A stretch of DNA of 64,000 nucleotides from Andalucia godoyi And28 (lineage: Eukaryota > Protista > Jakobida): contig VRVR01000004.1 in NCBI GenBank assembly GCA_009859145.1, forward strand, positions 108,677 through 172,676, read 5' to 3'. Both the position numbers and the translations under genes were made by a program. The notes below the pieces were generated by a model, which was given only the letters and a program-made list of their open reading frames with translations, ran no database searches and was not told where the DNA came from. This document shows positions 11,700-22,082 of the stretch, piece by piece. Position 1 is the first letter of the stretch. The number at the start of each line of letters is the position of its first letter.

Positions 11700-12413
11700 T
11701 CAGACAGATTCGGGATCCTTATCAAACACTGCAGCATTCTGGACTTGCGCAGCGTTCGCAGATGCCGATCCTAGGTCAGACTTCACCTTATCGGTGATCT
11801 TGGAGTCGACTACGTTGTGGAAGAACGCATCGAAGCGCATTGCAGAGCATGTTTGCATATCATTGTTGCTGACAACCTTGTATGAGCTCCAGACCAATTC
11901 GATGATCAGCACTCCGTACATGACGAACACAGTTCCCGTGCGATACGAGTCCCAGTAGATGATGACCAGCGCAAGGGAGAAGACGATGTTCAAAGCCACA
12001 AAAACGAGCGAGATCAGATTGAGAATAAAACATCGTTTGTTCTGCTCCTGAAGACCCATTTTAATGCTTGGAAAACTTTCGAGGACCTCTTTCCAAGCAG
12101 TATCAGGCTTCGTTCGATCTTCGTCAAAGTGCGAAATCAAGAAGCGCTCACGTAACAGCAGGGCAAACCGAGTCACGACAACCATTACAAGCGTCAGAAA
12201 GTTCCACACAAGTACAAATACGTTGAACTGCGTCAGGTCCGTGAACTGCTGGTTGATGCTGCATGTTTCGCCATTATTTTCAGGACATGATTGCGGAACC
12301 CAAACAGCCAGCAACGTACCCATCAGGATCTTGTACAGAGAAATTGACGACGCAAAGATCGACTCTGCCGACTCTATTGCGTCATTTGAAATGTCAATTC
12401 CTAGCACCTTCAT
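11700..12413 (-). CDS. Uncharacterised 4-TM membrane protein (VPQxC...CS family)
   Basis: 237-aa ATG-initiated ORF with 4 hydrophobic segments and motifs LYKILMG.LLAVWVPQSC...CS, NFLTL, RERFLISHFD. Confidence 0.7.
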   Translation of the reverse strand: MKVLGIDISNDAIESAESIFASSISLYKILMGTLLAVWVPQSCPENNGETCSINQQFTDLTQFNVFVLVWNFLTLVMVVVTRFALLLRERFLISHFDEDRTKPDTAWKEVLESFPSIKMGLQEQNKRCFILNLISLVFVALNIVFSLALVIIYWDSYRTGTVFVMYGVLIIELVWSSYKVVSNNDMQTCSAMRFDAFFHNVVDSKITDKVKSDLGSASANAAQVQNAAVFDKDPESV

Positions 12414-12486
12414 ACTGCGAATTCCTGCACTTGCACAGCTTGAGAAAGACGATCAACAGTGGCTTGCCTCTCTCTCTCTCTCTCTC

Positions 12487-12519
<33 letters not shown>

Positions 12520-12763
12520 GCAAAAAGAAGATTCAAACGGCCGCAACGCACGAAATACCAGAACAGTCGGGGATCGGGGGAAATTTCAGGGCATCAACTC
12601 CAAGGCTCAATCGGGAACAAATAGCCGCTTTTGTTTGTTTGTCAGTCTGCTTGGTATTTTTTACGTACAGTAAGCTTCCCTCGATGATTGAGAAGATCTA
12701 TCGCTCTCAGCAGCGCCTAACATCTACACGTACTCGATGAAACATCGGAGAATGTCTTTCCGG

Positions 12764-15700
12764 TCAAGAAGAGGATGATGAATTGAATGATGGAGTCCGA
12801 ACGATTTTGGGAGAAGACGCGGAAAACCCGGTGTTGGATCCTTGTTGTTGATTGCGCGATGCAATGTCCATAAGGAACGACGTCACAGGCTTCAGATCAA
12901 AGCCCTCTGCAGGAGGAAACGGACTTCCGCTTTCACCTGGGGATTGCATGCTAAGCTCCGAGAGTTTCTTTTGCGTTAGTTTGGCAGTTGATGCAAGACG
13001 TGCCTGGGCCTGTCGACGCGCTCCCTTGCGTTTCTCCGCATGCTGAACCGCAAGTTCCTTGATCTGGAAACCGACACGACGACACACGGACGCCAGCAAC
13101 TGTTTGTGGCGTTTCATCTCCGGCTTCGTTTCGTAGTCTGCTTGAATCGTGAACTTGCGGTCGTACTTGTCAATGACGAACAGACACAGTCGCAGAACTT
13201 CTTCTGCAGAGGAAACCTTTGAGGCACGCTGCGTCTTGTGAATTTCATCGAGAAGAGTCGTGCTCAGTTTCGTGGCATCCAGAGTCTTGAGTACCTCGTT
13301 TGCAAGAATTTCTTTTTCCACCATGGGGATTGCCATGCTGAACAAATCCCAGTAGTTGTCTTCGTCCTCTTCCGACGCGCCCGAAGCAACCGAATTAGAA
13401 TCCGAACCGGACGACCGCGCGGAGAGCGGGACATCGACACCATCCAAATGGACCGCACCGCGACTGCTCACACCTCCAGAGTACGACGTAGTGACCAGTC
13501 CAGAACTTCCCAACGGAATCCCCATGTAAATCAGCTTCATGTCTTCGGTGACCCAAGGCATTTGCTTGTACGGGTTAAATACTTCCTTCTTCTTCTTCTT
13601 CTTCTTCTTCTTGGACGGCGACAAATTAGGGCTGCGCGAAGGACTGACTTTCGAAGGGGATGCCGAATGGGATCGATCCGAGTTGAGAGGAGAGTTCGCA
13701 TCTACCTGCGCACTCGGTGCAGGCGATGCGGAGCGCCCGCCTTCCTTTAGATTCTCGAGCATTTCCTGCATGGCGGCAGCTTCTCGAGCAACCTCCGCCT
13801 CTTCTTTTTTCCTCAACGTAGACTTGATCAACGCACCGGCAGTCGGACGAGAGTGTTTCAACCCTCGCTTAAACAACGGCGTTTCAGCCTTCATCTTCTG
13901 AGAGTTTGTGCGGTTGGTGACAGAGGTTCGCACGGATGATTTGTACGAAGCAGCTTCTGATTCATTATTGCTGGACCCAATGCTTCGGAACGTCATGATA
14001 ACAGTCCCGCTGGGATCCAGAGAACCAACGGAAGTCATCGAATCGTTCCTCTGCAATTCGAAATTCGACTGTTCTCCACTCTGGTGCACAGGAGACAATT
14101 CTGCATTGTTCCCATCGCCCGATCCATCCCGAAATCCCACCGACTTGCGACGAGCAGAGTGCGGCTCAGCGACGAAGGAGACACCCAGGGATGGCTTGGA
14201 GACCGACTGCCAAAACAGGTCCCGCTTCCGAACCATGTCAAGGTCTGGTGGCAACTCCGGCTCTAGAGTCCAATTTGTGTTCGAAATCTGCGTGTACTCC
14301 ACAGTGCCCCGGGGTCTGCGCTGGCCAATCAACTTTCGAACATCAACCTCCTGATCGAACGCCCGCTTCATGGTCAGCGTTGCACGTGCTTTGAGAATTC
14401 TGAAATTCTTTGTGAATGGATCGTCTTCTGCGAACGGATCTTTCGCGGTTTTTTGCTGCGCGCTCGGGTCAATGGCAAGGATCAGTGACATCCGACGTTC
14501 TTCATCCGACTCTGAACTGTCAATTGACATTGACCGATTTAAACGGAGGCTGTCAACCTTGACAGGATACTTGGATCCAAAGGATTCGTCCTCCGAGTCA
14601 CTCTGCATTGACGGAGGACTAAGTGACTCTACAATCGCAAGTGCAGAAGATAACCGATCAGTGGATCGAGATGCCCTACCAATTGGCGTCAACGCACGGG
14701 AGCCGGTAAACGACAGGCTTGATTCTGGACGCGCCTTTGTCGGAGATGTCGATGCGCTCGTGGATGGTCGAACGGATCTCGATCGCGAGTTCGTTCTGTG
14801 TGGGACATCGAATTCCTCTTCGTCCATCACCGCCATTCTCTCCAGTAAGACGTGCCGACGCACATTTGATCCATGCAGCGCACTGATGGGACGAGCAAGC
14901 AAGCTATGCAGTCGCTGCTTTCGCTGCACAGAAAGTTGAAACTGTGACGTCATATTTGCGCCGGCTGTCGTGGGACGGGACGCTGCGCCCAATGGCACAG
15001 CAAGTGGCTGTGGAGAACGCAAAGTTCCCGAACGTGGTCGGCTTGCGCTCCCGGGTCTGGAAGACGCACGAGAGGAGTTCTGGCGCGACGACGAAAGATC
15101 GTCAAACAGCGAATTTCGGTTCACTTGGCTGACAATCAAGGCGCTCTCTTTCCTGTCCAGGGGAACTTTTGGCACAGACGACGTGTTGGTAAACGACGGG
15201 GCCCTCATCAAATTGGCAGCCATCCCTTGATCCTCCACTTCATGCAAGGCATTACTCGCAATCATGAGCCGCTCATACATTTTTCCGACCTTGGATGAAT
15301 ACTGAATCACGACAGGCTTTCGCAGGTTGTGACCAAGGTTGGCACTCATGCCTCCATAGATGAGCAATTTGTTTTGCTGCACCTTGGTCGACGAGTGTCC
15401 GTACCGAGATCCAAACTCTTCAACAATCTTGGTATCCAGCGGATACGTTTGCCCACTCACATCAATGATAGCGCCATCCTTGAGAATGGAAGCCTGTTTT
15501 GCACCCTCTCGATGGTACCCTCCCAATACAATCAATGCTCCTTGAAAGACATTCACTGTCGCAGAACACCTCGAAAAGAACTGAATATCCTCTGCGGCAT
15601 TATCAAAGAATTTCAACTCGTATGGTCTCCATGAATCCGCACGAATATCAAAGATGAATGCATCTCGGAGCGTTTCAGAGCCGGTGTACCCAAACAAAAC

Positions 15701-16360
15701 CGCAAGTTCGTTGTTGAGATGAAGTGCGCTGTGCCTGGATCTCCCAGTAGGCACACAGGTCGTACGATTCAAGAGAGAGTTCTGGCCTGCATACCGCACC
15801 CTGTGCCACTTCACCTCCCGAGGGTCCAGTCGATACATGTCCGACAACATGTGATACCCGTTCCAACCACCAAACATGTACAGACAATCGTTTGCAAACG
15901 TCAAAGAATGGCCTGATCGAGGACCCGGATCTCCTCCGGAGCCGGTGGCAACTTGCGGTCTCATCTGCCGAAACTGTGCAGAATTCATATCATACACATA
16001 CAAGTCGTCCAACCGAGCAACCTGATAAGCATCCTTCGACGTGTTGGGAGCAAAGTTACTCCCCCCGTGCAACCACACTTCTGTATCCACCGCTGCAGAT
16101 GCGTGTCGGTACCGCCCCGGCATCCACGCGACTGACGATGACGAAGCAGCACTGCTGCTAGTACGATTCATCAGCGGCCCTCTGTGATGCGTCCACTTTG
16201 TGGAATCCAGATCAAAAGAGTAGACTTCTTTCAGGCAAACTGCATCTGTGAGAGACCAGCCTCCAAAAAAGAAGGACTTGTTTCCGTGGGCATGAGACGT
16301 GTGTCCGAGAATCGACGGCGGCGGTACTCCGCGTGTAGCGACTATCCGGTTTGCATTCAT
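12764..16360 (-). CDS. Kelch-repeat protein with a long Ser/Arg-rich low-complexity C-terminal region
   Basis: Six Kelch-type repeats (GHTSH, RYRHASA, RSGHSLT..YMFGGWNG, RSRHSA, RYGHSS..LIYGG) in the first ~350 aa; 1198-aa uninterrupted ORF. Confidence 0.85.
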   Translation of the reverse strand: MNANRIVATRGVPPPSILGHTSHAHGNKSFFFGGWSLTDAVCLKEVYSFDLDSTKWTHHRGPLMNRTSSSAASSSSVAWMPGRYRHASAAVDTEVWLHGGSNFAPNTSKDAYQVARLDDLYVYDMNSAQFRQMRPQVATGSGGDPGPRSGHSLTFANDCLYMFGGWNGYHMLSDMYRLDPREVKWHRVRYAGQNSLLNRTTCVPTGRSRHSALHLNNELAVLFGYTGSETLRDAFIFDIRADSWRPYELKFFDNAAEDIQFFSRCSATVNVFQGALIVLGGYHREGAKQASILKDGAIIDVSGQTYPLDTKIVEEFGSRYGHSSTKVQQNKLLIYGGMSANLGHNLRKPVVIQYSSKVGKMYERLMIASNALHEVEDQGMAANLMRAPSFTNTSSVPKVPLDRKESALIVSQVNRNSLFDDLSSSRQNSSRASSRPGSASRPRSGTLRSPQPLAVPLGAASRPTTAGANMTSQFQLSVQRKQRLHSLLARPISALHGSNVRRHVLLERMAVMDEEEFDVPHRTNSRSRSVRPSTSASTSPTKARPESSLSFTGSRALTPIGRASRSTDRLSSALAIVESLSPPSMQSDSEDESFGSKYPVKVDSLRLNRSMSIDSSESDEERRMSLILAIDPSAQQKTAKDPFAEDDPFTKNFRILKARATLTMKRAFDQEVDVRKLIGQRRPRGTVEYTQISNTNWTLEPELPPDLDMVRKRDLFWQSVSKPSLGVSFVAEPHSARRKSVGFRDGSGDGNNAELSPVHQSGEQSNFELQRNDSMTSVGSLDPSGTVIMTFRSIGSSNNESEAASYKSSVRTSVTNRTNSQKMKAETPLFKRGLKHSRPTAGALIKSTLRKKEEAEVAREAAAMQEMLENLKEGGRSASPAPSAQVDANSPLNSDRSHSASPSKVSPSRSPNLSPSKKKKKKKKKEVFNPYKQMPWVTEDMKLIYMGIPLGSSGLVTTSYSGGVSSRGAVHLDGVDVPLSARSSGSDSNSVASGASEEDEDNYWDLFSMAIPMVEKEILANEVLKTLDATKLSTTLLDEIHKTQRASKVSSAEEVLRLCLFVIDKYDRKFTIQADYETKPEMKRHKQLLASVCRRVGFQIKELAVQHAEKRKGARRQAQARLASTAKLTQKKLSELSMQSPGESGSPFPPAEGFDLKPVTSFLMDIASRNQQQGSNTGFSASSPKIVRTPSFNSSSSS

Positions 16361-17151
16361 CGCCGAACAAGCAGTTCAACTACAAGATCAACACGAATGA
16401 ATGCGATTGAATGCTGGATCACTGAATCAAGCGACGATTACGTGATAAGTTAATGCGCACAAATACTTGCAGAATTACATCCAGCACAATACGCCAACAG
16501 CAACAACAACAACAACAACAAAAAAAAAAAAAAAAAAGAAAACCAACTTCCGAAAATCGTTTTTATCCATGTCAGCAGCCTGCAGATAACGTTTGCAAAA
16601 ACAAAAAAGGCGCTTTGCCTGCATTGATCCATCAACACACATCGACAGAAGATATTTTCCCCTTCTTTTTATTTCCTCCTCAATGAATCTTGGGAGCGAA
16701 GAAAGATTGCAAGTGTGAGTTTCCGTTCTCCTTCCCTTTTTTTCCCCCAACTTTATTCTCCTTACGAACCTATTACAAAACAGAACCGAACAAATAAAAA
16801 CCAAAAAAGAACGCGAGACAACAACAGAGAAATACATTGTTTTCCAACAGACCGAAGAAGAAAGGCTCAAGCTGCCGCGGAGACACGAGGTTGCTCGGAA
16901 ACAGGCAAAAAGGGTCTGGCTACAGCGGGAATCACAAACGTCAAGGCATCCCAAAAGAGACCGAAGGGAGAAGAATTTGGGTTCGAATTTGGGAATATCC
17001 CGAAGTGGTATTGTCCGCTGAGAACTGGAAGCGATTTGATCAACTTTCGTTTTTCCAATCGAGGAGCACTTTCTGAGCGATATCGACTCTGAAAAATCTG
17101 TGAAGGGAAAAATTAATTTAACGCTTCACTGATTTTGTCTTCTTCGTATTT

Positions 17152-17152
<1 letters not shown>

Positions 17153-17206
<54 letters not shown>
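17153..17206 (+). repeat. (GTT)n microsatellite
   Basis: Long perfect gtt run in the spacer upstream of the RCC1 gene. Confidence 0.95.
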
Positions 17207-17208
<2 letters not shown>

Positions 17209-17356
17209 TCAGTGTGGTGTTTTCAATTATTGCTATCATTGCTAACGCTTTTTGCCTTCATTATTTTGTCAGCGTGATCAAAGACGAGTTTTGGTCGTAG
17301 TTTGAAATCAGAGAATTCCGAAAGGAAGACAGAAAGAAAACAGAAGAAGAAAAATC

Positions 17357-19222
17357 ATGTCCCAACGCCGCGCGTCAACATTGTCTTCTGTTTCGCTGTA
17401 TTCAGAAGGGTTCGAGACGGAAGAACGTGTGGAAACCCATATTCTAAGTCCCGTTTTGTACGGATATTCATATTTTAAATGCGCACATCTCGGCATCCAA
17501 AAACACAAGCCATCCAAACCAGCGTGCGCGTTGTCTTCGCTTCATTCCAAAGGAGAAACCGTCTCGAAGGTGTGCGGCGGCGATGGGTTTTGCCTCTTTC
17601 TGTGTGAAAGTGGACGCGTGTATGTGAGCGGAACATTGCCTGGTGCGGATTCAGGCCAGGATTCGGCGTTTCTAAACGGAATGCTGAATCGCGAACCTCG
17701 GCCCATTTCGAACTTGCACTCCGAAGTCGTGTCGGATATTGCGTGTGGCATGTACCACGCATTGTTTCTGTGCAAGTCTGGATCTGTCTATTCTTGTGGG
17801 TGTCCAAATCAAGGGCAGTTGGGAAAGGGACATGAGCTGATCCGCACGATCTCCCGAGTTGCACTCTCTCGATCCATTGAAGTTGCTGCGATCTTTGCGG
17901 CATCGCATGCAAGCTGCATTCTCGGCACCAATGGAAAATGCTACATGTTTGGATGCAACGCCACCTATTCCCTGGGGGTTCAATCTGAAATTCTGTTTGG
18001 TGGGATATGCCACTACCCCACAACAGCTCGGTTTCCGTCCGATGTCAGGATTGTGTCTGTGAGCATGAGCACGTGTCATACGCTTTTCCTGGCGGAAGAC
18101 GGGCGTCTCTTTGGCTGCGGAGAGAATGCGAGCGGGCAGGTGGGATGGGGATCGAACGTCGTGAGAACAATGTATCCTGCTGCAGTTCCAACACCAGAGC
18201 CAATCGTAGCAATTCGAGCTGCCTCATCCTACAGCTTGTGTGTTGGGCAATCGGGACGCCTGTATGGCGCAGGATACATTCGGCCGCTAAGATGCACAAA
18301 CACGGGGTTCTTGCCGGTGTTGGAAATTGAGAACGCAAAGTATGTATCTGTAGACGTGGACATGGACCACATCTACACGGTAACGGACTCTGGCCGATGC
18401 CTTGTCAACGGATGCCCGGACCCGCATTTTCAATCCATCCATGCAGTATCCGTATTTGCCTGTGACGGTCCTGTCTACATCTTGTCTGGCATTCCCATGC
18501 GCGTAACGTCCGAAAAACACTCCGTCTTTGATGAGGACCAGCAATCCTTGCTTCGAAGATGCGCACATGTGAACATTCAGTGCCGCGGCGGCGCTGTATC
18601 GGTCGCAAGAAGCGCTGCAGTCGTTTCCTCGCAAGTTGTTCGCGCCATTGTTTGCGAAGAGCTTATTGGACGCCATGCAGATTTGCTTCTTTCACCACCT
18701 CCAGCGTCTTGTCCCGAATCACCAGCCGAGGGCAACGCAAGCTTCGATCAAGTTCACATCGATGGGCTGGTGGATGAGGGTCTAATGGTGGATGTGTGTC
18801 TGTCTCTGTCGGAGTTTTCTCTGGAAGCTGTCGGGCTGCTTGTGGCCGAGTGGGAAGGCCGGCTGAATCGTGTTGATGAGCTCGTGAAGGACGGGTCGTG
18901 GTGGAGAAGCAAGGTGCAGTATGTCGAGTCTGGACGCAGTCAGCCCCTTCGATTGGACCACGGTACCGTCGTCGAGGTTCTGATGCTTGCCGACCAACTT
19001 GGCGTGCAGTCTCTAAAGGATCGGTGCGCGGAAGTGATTGCCAGCGTTGCCTTGTCCGAAAGAATCGTCGATCAAGTTCATATTGCGCAGATTGAAGAGA
19101 TCGGGAAGAGATTTGATGTTCCACAGCTTATCAAACTATGCAGCCAAATCCGAAGGGGAGCGTTTTCCGATCTCAAAATTACGAAACGATCAAGGCTTGC
19201 ATCGCTGCTGTGCTTTACGTAG
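17357..19222 (+). CDS. RCC1-repeat protein with a C-terminal BTB/BACK-like region
   Basis: Repeats IACGMYHALFLCKSGSVYSCG...GQLG, VSMSTCHTLFLAEDGRLFGCGENASGQVG; C-terminal VVEVLMLADQLGVQSLKDRC. Confidence 0.85.
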   Translation: MSQRRASTLSSVSLYSEGFETEERVETHILSPVLYGYSYFKCAHLGIQKHKPSKPACALSSLHSKGETVSKVCGGDGFCLFLCESGRVYVSGTLPGADSGQDSAFLNGMLNREPRPISNLHSEVVSDIACGMYHALFLCKSGSVYSCGCPNQGQLGKGHELIRTISRVALSRSIEVAAIFAASHASCILGTNGKCYMFGCNATYSLGVQSEILFGGICHYPTTARFPSDVRIVSVSMSTCHTLFLAEDGRLFGCGENASGQVGWGSNVVRTMYPAAVPTPEPIVAIRAASSYSLCVGQSGRLYGAGYIRPLRCTNTGFLPVLEIENAKYVSVDVDMDHIYTVTDSGRCLVNGCPDPHFQSIHAVSVFACDGPVYILSGIPMRVTSEKHSVFDEDQQSLLRRCAHVNIQCRGGAVSVARSAAVVSSQVVRAIVCEELIGRHADLLLSPPPASCPESPAEGNASFDQVHIDGLVDEGLMVDVCLSLSEFSLEAVGLLVAEWEGRLNRVDELVKDGSWWRSKVQYVESGRSQPLRLDHGTVVEVLMLADQLGVQSLKDRCAEVIASVALSERIVDQVHIAQIEEIGKRFDVPQLIKLCSQIRRGAFSDLKITKRSRLASLLCFT

Positions 19223-19630
19223 TCACCATATTTCTTTTCTTATTTTTCCTTGTTTTCCTTATTTTCTCTTCTTGCATTTTTGTATTCTATTGTTTCTTCA
19301 GCTTTGCAATGTCCATATTTTCTTCTCGCCGCTGTTCTCGCGGTATTTTATTTGGCACAAGATGCGCGACTGCCTTCTTGTTTCCCTTCCCTTCCTCCTT
19401 TCCTGTAAAAATAATATTAAGTTGTTACCGCTTGGTTAAACACTGATCAACAATAATAACGAGTTTCAAAACTGCGCATGGAAACCGGGGGGGGTCTAAT
19501 TGCAGTCTCAAAATTGCCAACTGGAGACGTTATGGCGAAGCTGCTCCCTTTTTCATGAAAATGGTTCAGCGCTTCCCATAACAAGTATGTTGTTGGGTGT
19601 TTTCAGTCCCACGCAAACACCTCCCTCTTA

Positions 19631-21209
19631 TTACGAGGAGGATGAAAAGGGGCTTGGGTGTTGGCAGACTCCAATGGAGTCTCCAATACACTCCACACCC
19701 AAGATCGCAACGTTTCTCGCACCATGCTGGTCACGAGGTTGCGAATACGTGCATCCCGCGTGGGGACACTGTGACGTCTTCACTCTGTTTCTGGCACATC
19801 TTCTGGGTGTTCATTGGCGGGAGCAGGATATGATCCGCATTCTGGCACACCGCCTTGGCAATGTGTACATGTCCATCATGTTGCATGTTCTGAATGCGGT
19901 GCGAAATGTTGCGCATCTTACGCCGGGCATTCCGTCTTGCCGTTTTTCGACATGCGAGTCGTCTCGGTGGCGCGTTTCGATTGCAATTTCTGATAGCGTT
20001 TCTGGGGTTTGATCAGCGTCCAGGCTCGCCTCGGAGAACCCATATTCCTTGTAATTCCCACAGCCATCATAAACAGTCTGGAAGACACGGCCTCCGCCAT
20101 CGCAGCTGTTCATGACAACCATGTCTCCGGTTTTCGCCTTGGGTGGTGCCATGGATCGCGCGACTGGGACAATCGGAAAAGCATCGTCCTTGGACATAGG
20201 AAATGGAACACGTGCGCAGGCCATTGAAAACCGAGCCGTTACTGCCACCTTGGGGTTTCTCACGCTCCATCTCACGTAGCCGTCGAATTTCACGATCCGC
20301 CTTCCTTCCTCATTTCCACAATTTGATGGTGCTTCCGGGAATGAAAGTGGACCAGAAAGCAGCACCTTCCTCGACCGACAATTGGACGGGAGGTTTTCCA
20401 CCATTCTTGGGAACCTTGAAGCTGCGATGATCGGAATGCTTGTCTCGCGGTTTCACGACGAAGCATTTCGGACAACGTCTCGTGTTCTTCGTCAGCCTGG
20501 AGTCGGGGTTCGGAAAAACATGTCGATCCATCTTTCGGGATCTTGCGGGGACATTGCGTTTCTGGTAAAGGAAGACGCAGTTGTTATACGCATCGTCCCA
20601 GAGATCGAACATCTGATGAAGTTTCAACTTCTGTTCTTCGGTGGGTCCGCAGGCGAATCTTGAATGCGCACATAGCCAAACCGGGAGGTAGCTTCTTCTC
20701 GTCATCCCGCTCACATGCCTCCGATTTGGGGTTCGACTTAGACGCCTGAGGCTTCCCCCGGAGGCTCGTCTTCTGTTTTCCACGGAAACGGTTCTTCTCG
20801 TGGATTTTCTGTGTCTTGGGTTTTGGGACTTTGCTGAAGCAGCCGCGGGTTTAGGTTTCGTCTTCGCCTCGGGCTTCTTTTTTGGGAGCGGGTTTCTTTT
20901 GTCTCCCTAGGAACAATCTTAAGTTTCGCCAAGTTGGCTTGGATCGTGGCAGGATCGAACAAACGCACCGTCGGCAGACTTCCCGGGGTCGAGTTGATTG
21001 TGCGCACGCTGACCTAGCTGTGTTCCAGCTTTCCGGAACGAACGACTGGGTGGTCATGTCCCGCAGGCATCTGCTGCGCAAGCAACCTTTTGCGCTCAAT
21101 GTCTACCCAAGGCACCGTTCGAGCGACGTCGGAAGGAGGGTCTGGGAGTCTTCCTAAGGCGCTTCTTGTCGGGTTTGCGACCTCCTGGAAGGTTGCGTTT
21201 CCGAGTCAT
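19631..21209 (-). pseudogene. Fanzor2 (TnpB-derived RNA-guided nuclease) pseudogene with frameshifts, stops and an internal deletion
   Basis: Collinear fragments across frames: basic start MTRKR...KKRLRK; AFKIRLR/(+1)PTEEQKLKLHQMFDLWDDAYNNCVFLY (TnpB N-terminal HTH); VVMNSCDGGGRVFQTVYDG (RuvC-I); RIQNMQHDGHVHIAKAVCQNADHILLPPMNTQKM; KTSQCPHAGC...PRDQHGARNVAIL (Zn finger half and RuvC-III). Confidence 0.85.
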
Positions 21210-21350
21210 TCTTCTGCTGTTTTCTTGCTGTTGAGAAAAACGAGGATTGTGTGTTGGGATTTCGGGAAAGATGGAAAACGAAAATCGTGGAAATGCGTAT
21301 GTTTTACGTCGTGATCAATATTGACCAATATCTTTGCTCACTGTGCAGCA

Positions 21351-21888
21351 CCGTTGAATAATAACACGACATTGTCATGCATACGGAAGGAAGCATCCAT
21401 AAACAGACACGGTCAATACTGGCCGACACCAGCACGTTTGTTTCACAGGCATTCGTGCTTACGCGTAGCCATCTATTCTATCATTCGTTATTTGGTTTTT
21501 TGGTTCCACTCTTTTACTCAAATATAGGCGTGAGTGCGCTGGATGACGCATTCGCCTACGCCGCTCGATACAGGGCCTCCTAGGTCCCGCAGACCTACAA
21601 AGAGACCACGTGTCACTACGCCTGCCGCCTCTTCCTCTCGTATCTCCAGGTGCATCAATCGCTGCAACTGAGGACACGAAAAGCGCCTGCTGCTAGGGCC
21701 GTCAGAATCAAAAAATGCACTGAGAAAGTGGCTCACCGATGGATCGAGATTGGGAACAGTGCGCGGAACATCTATCTGAAGAGCGCAGTGAGGCGTGTTG
21801 GGGGCCGATCCCCTTCCAGGCAACGGGATGCAAGATTGAATATGCATACCTACGAATAGATATGCATGTTCAGTGTATAATGTAGGCG
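21351..21888 (+). mobile_element. Non-autonomous IS607/Fanzor2 element, family 1, copy A (contains an unrelated ~210-bp internal segment)
   Basis: Starts CCGTTGAATAATAACACG and ends ...ATATGCATGTTCAGTGTATAATGTAGGCG. Both arms align with 41824-42266 and 45810-46308. Encodes ..DRDW/(+1)NSARNIYLK. Confidence 0.9.
21553..21730 (-). mobile_element. Diverged Fanzor2 3'-end relic nested in inverted orientation inside copy A
   Basis: Minus strand reads agcagcaggcgcttttcgtgtcctcagttgcagcgattgat (RRFSCP...ID, compare copy D GGSKVFACPACSSPID) and terminates in GGCGTAGGCG, the shared right-end motif. Confidence 0.45.
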
Positions 21889-22082
21889 CCAGACAAAGAA
21901 GCCGCTGTAGTGAGGGGTGTCTTTTTCAATTGAAGGTCGAATCCTCTTTCTCACTCATTTTCTTCTGGGTGAATTTTTGGGATCGTTTTTTGTTTGTTGC
22001 ATAGTATCGAATATCTGTTTGTATTTTGTTTGTACGCTTTTGTTTTTGGGCACTTTTTTTAAAACATAAATTATCAAGGATC

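Noticed and set aside
16715-17092. Short Lys/Arg-rich ORFs upstream of the RCC1 gene
   Set aside because: No family motif, no match to the Fanzor ends, and no supported start or splice sites.
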